A DNA stretch of 64,000 nucleotides from Paragordius varius (lineage: Eukaryota > Animalia > Nematomorpha): the NCBI GenBank assembly GCA_964247055.1, contig OZ176053.1, positions 310,001 to 374,000 on the forward strand. The letters are read 5' to 3'. This document shows positions 61,886 to 64,000 of the stretch, in pieces. Under the pieces are notes generated by a model. The model saw only the letters and a list, made by a program, of their open reading frames with translations, ran no database searches and was not told the origin of the DNA. Both the position numbers and the translations under genes were made by a program. Each line of letters begins with the position of its first letter. The first letter of the stretch is position 1.

Positions 61886-63564
61886 ATGATTTATCTCGAA
61901 AGAAAAATCGTTCTCAATTCAAAATATAAAGTTTTGACGAAGTGGGACACGTGGGGTATTTTTTTACGTTTTAAACCAATAAACAATTTTAGAAGAAGGA
62001 ATCGTTTGTGCTAAAAGACATTATTTTGTGGAAAATGAAAATAATACTACTTCCTATCCAAATTCAGAATTTAGTCATGAATATTTTGTCCATTATTTAA
62101 ACTGTATCACTTCCATATATTTTACTCTATAGATGATAAAAGATTTGATGATTGGGTCACAATCGATAAAATCGATTTAACAACCTATAAATGTCCATAC
62201 GAAGATAATGGGGACTTAAATGGTTTTGCCAAAGATTTATCATCTGCCACCATTCTAACTCGAGATCAATTCAAAAAATTTACGAATAATATTCATCAAA
62301 CGCCTGAAAATTCAAATCATTCTTTGCCACCCAATAAAAAGTTAAAAAATGGAAACGAACACATAAATGATGTACTGGAAAAAGAATTTAAAGAAGTATA
62401 TATATATATGCCTAATATGTAATGTTTGAGTTTTGTTTCGGTTAATTTTCAAGAATATTGGTTACGATCATTGTTTTGGACCAAATGATATCTAATTTTG
62501 GTCTCTTTTTTCAAAAAATTACAGATATATCAAATATCTTGATACAATGTTAATTATATTCTAAAAATTTATGGACACAAAGGACTAAAATTATATTGTG
62601 TGTGTATATAAAATATTTAAAAACCCCTATTTTTATAAAATTTTAAACATGAAATTACATTAAAATTTTGATTAGAATTTTATATTTAAATAGCTTGATT
62701 CTTACAAACGATCACCTTTTGGCCTTAAAAAGTTAATGGTTACCTTTGTAATTTCTTAAATATATATATATATATATTCTCAAATAGAATTTTAATTCCG
62801 AACATTCCAAATTTTTACTTTAAAATAAATTACATTTTTTTAAACAAGATTTTTAAAAAAATATATATAATTAATTAAATTTTAAAATAAAATATATAAA
62901 AAATTATGCCATAAACAAATATTTCATATCAATAAAATGAGTTACATTTTAAAAATTTAATATATTTTCTTAGGGTAAATTTAAATTGTTTAAGGGTCAT
63001 AATGTTTAAACGTGAATTTGAAATGTTACAAGGAATTTAAATTGTGTAAGGATTTATTTTCAGGTGTAAATGGTACATTTCTAACATATATATATATTTT
63101 TAAAATTAACATATGCATTTATGAAATCTCTACAAAATTATAATTTTTATATTATAATATTTTTTAGTTCACCAAAGTGAAATACATTACAAAGATTGAG
63201 TTATTTGAAAAGTTCAAACGTGAATTTGAAATGTTTAAGGGGTTTATTTCGTGTAAATTGTACATAATATATTTTTAAATTTAAATTTGCATGTATACTA
63301 AATTATAAATTATATTATATTATAAATATTTTGCAGTTTACCAAAGTCAAATACATTACCAAGATTCAATTGGGACCTTACATTATTGATACATGGTATT
63401 TTTCCCCTTACCCTAATGCGTTTGGAAAATGTCGAATGTTATATATTTGTCATTTATGCCTGAAATATTTCGCCTTACAATCTGATTTACTTGGACATGT
63501 CCGTACCTGTCAAAACTTTCCATTTACTGCTGATGATAAAAAAAGTTTTTTTTATTTGAAATAA
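61886..63564 (+). CDS. KAT8: MYST histone acetyltransferase, KAT8/MOF-like, 5' part only; exons 61886-61955, 61993-62103, 62133-62395, 63337-(about 63500)
   Basis: Tudor-knot YFVHYLN|YDKRFDDWV and MYST start FTKVKYITKIQLG.Y.IDTWYFSPYP..YIC..CLKYF. The acetyl-CoA domain is not in the window, so the downstream donor is unresolved. Confidence 0.78.
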
Positions 63565-64000
63565 ATTTACAGTAAAAATTGAAATTAATAAACAGACAAA
63601 ATAATTTATGAAAAACAAATATAAAAGATAATTATACTTTTTTAAGCCTATTTTTTCATATATACCATTTACAGTTCAAATTCACCCTTGAACACTTTAA
63701 ATTCACCTTAAAAAATAAATTATGTGTTTTCGGGCAGCTAATATAATTGATCATTAATATGAAATAACCTCTTATGGCATAATTTATTATTTTTTCAGTA
63801 TTTTATTACTTTTATTTAAAAATATAAAAAAATATTAGTTTTTAAATTATAAAAACATATAAACTATATTAGGGTGAATTAGTATGAATTTGAACTGTAA
63901 ATGCTATATTTGAACAATTATAAACCTTAATAATTTTCTATACCTTATTTGAAATTTTAAACTATGAGTCATATTTAAACTACCAATTTAATAAAAATAA

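Overview
Very AT-rich eukaryotic genomic DNA, most likely an invertebrate animal (lineage not determinable from sequence alone). Seven intron-containing genes were assembled by hand and alternate strictly in orientation: DOR/TP53INP-like (+), MEAK7/TLDC1 (-), TRMU (+), MRPL3 (-), ZC3HC1/NIPA (+), PSMB5 (-) and KAT8/MOF-like (+, runs off the window). The last six form three head-to-head pairs with only 77, 104 and 47 bp between start codons. All six have a first intron of 25-44 nt, while most internal introns are hundreds of bp to kilobases and filled with MITEs and local tandem duplications. The window also holds one 5S rRNA gene, hAT elements (one with a perfect 8-bp TSD), a 2.3-kb CAC...GTG foldback element, several MITE families (one with variable 21-bp arrays) and a Penelope-like (GIY-YIG) hairpin insertion. 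The most notable signals are: (1) a variant minimal hammerhead-ribozyme motif (U3-A8 plus an extra A) in the Penelope-like tail; (2) an AT-AC U12-type intron in ZC3HC1; (3) ultra-short first introns; (4) repeated duplication of exon edges with their splice sites into neighbouring introns in five genes; and (5) a structured GC-rich RNA candidate next to 5S, split by a hAT insertion. All gene models and family assignments come from manual translation and recalled motifs; no searches were run.
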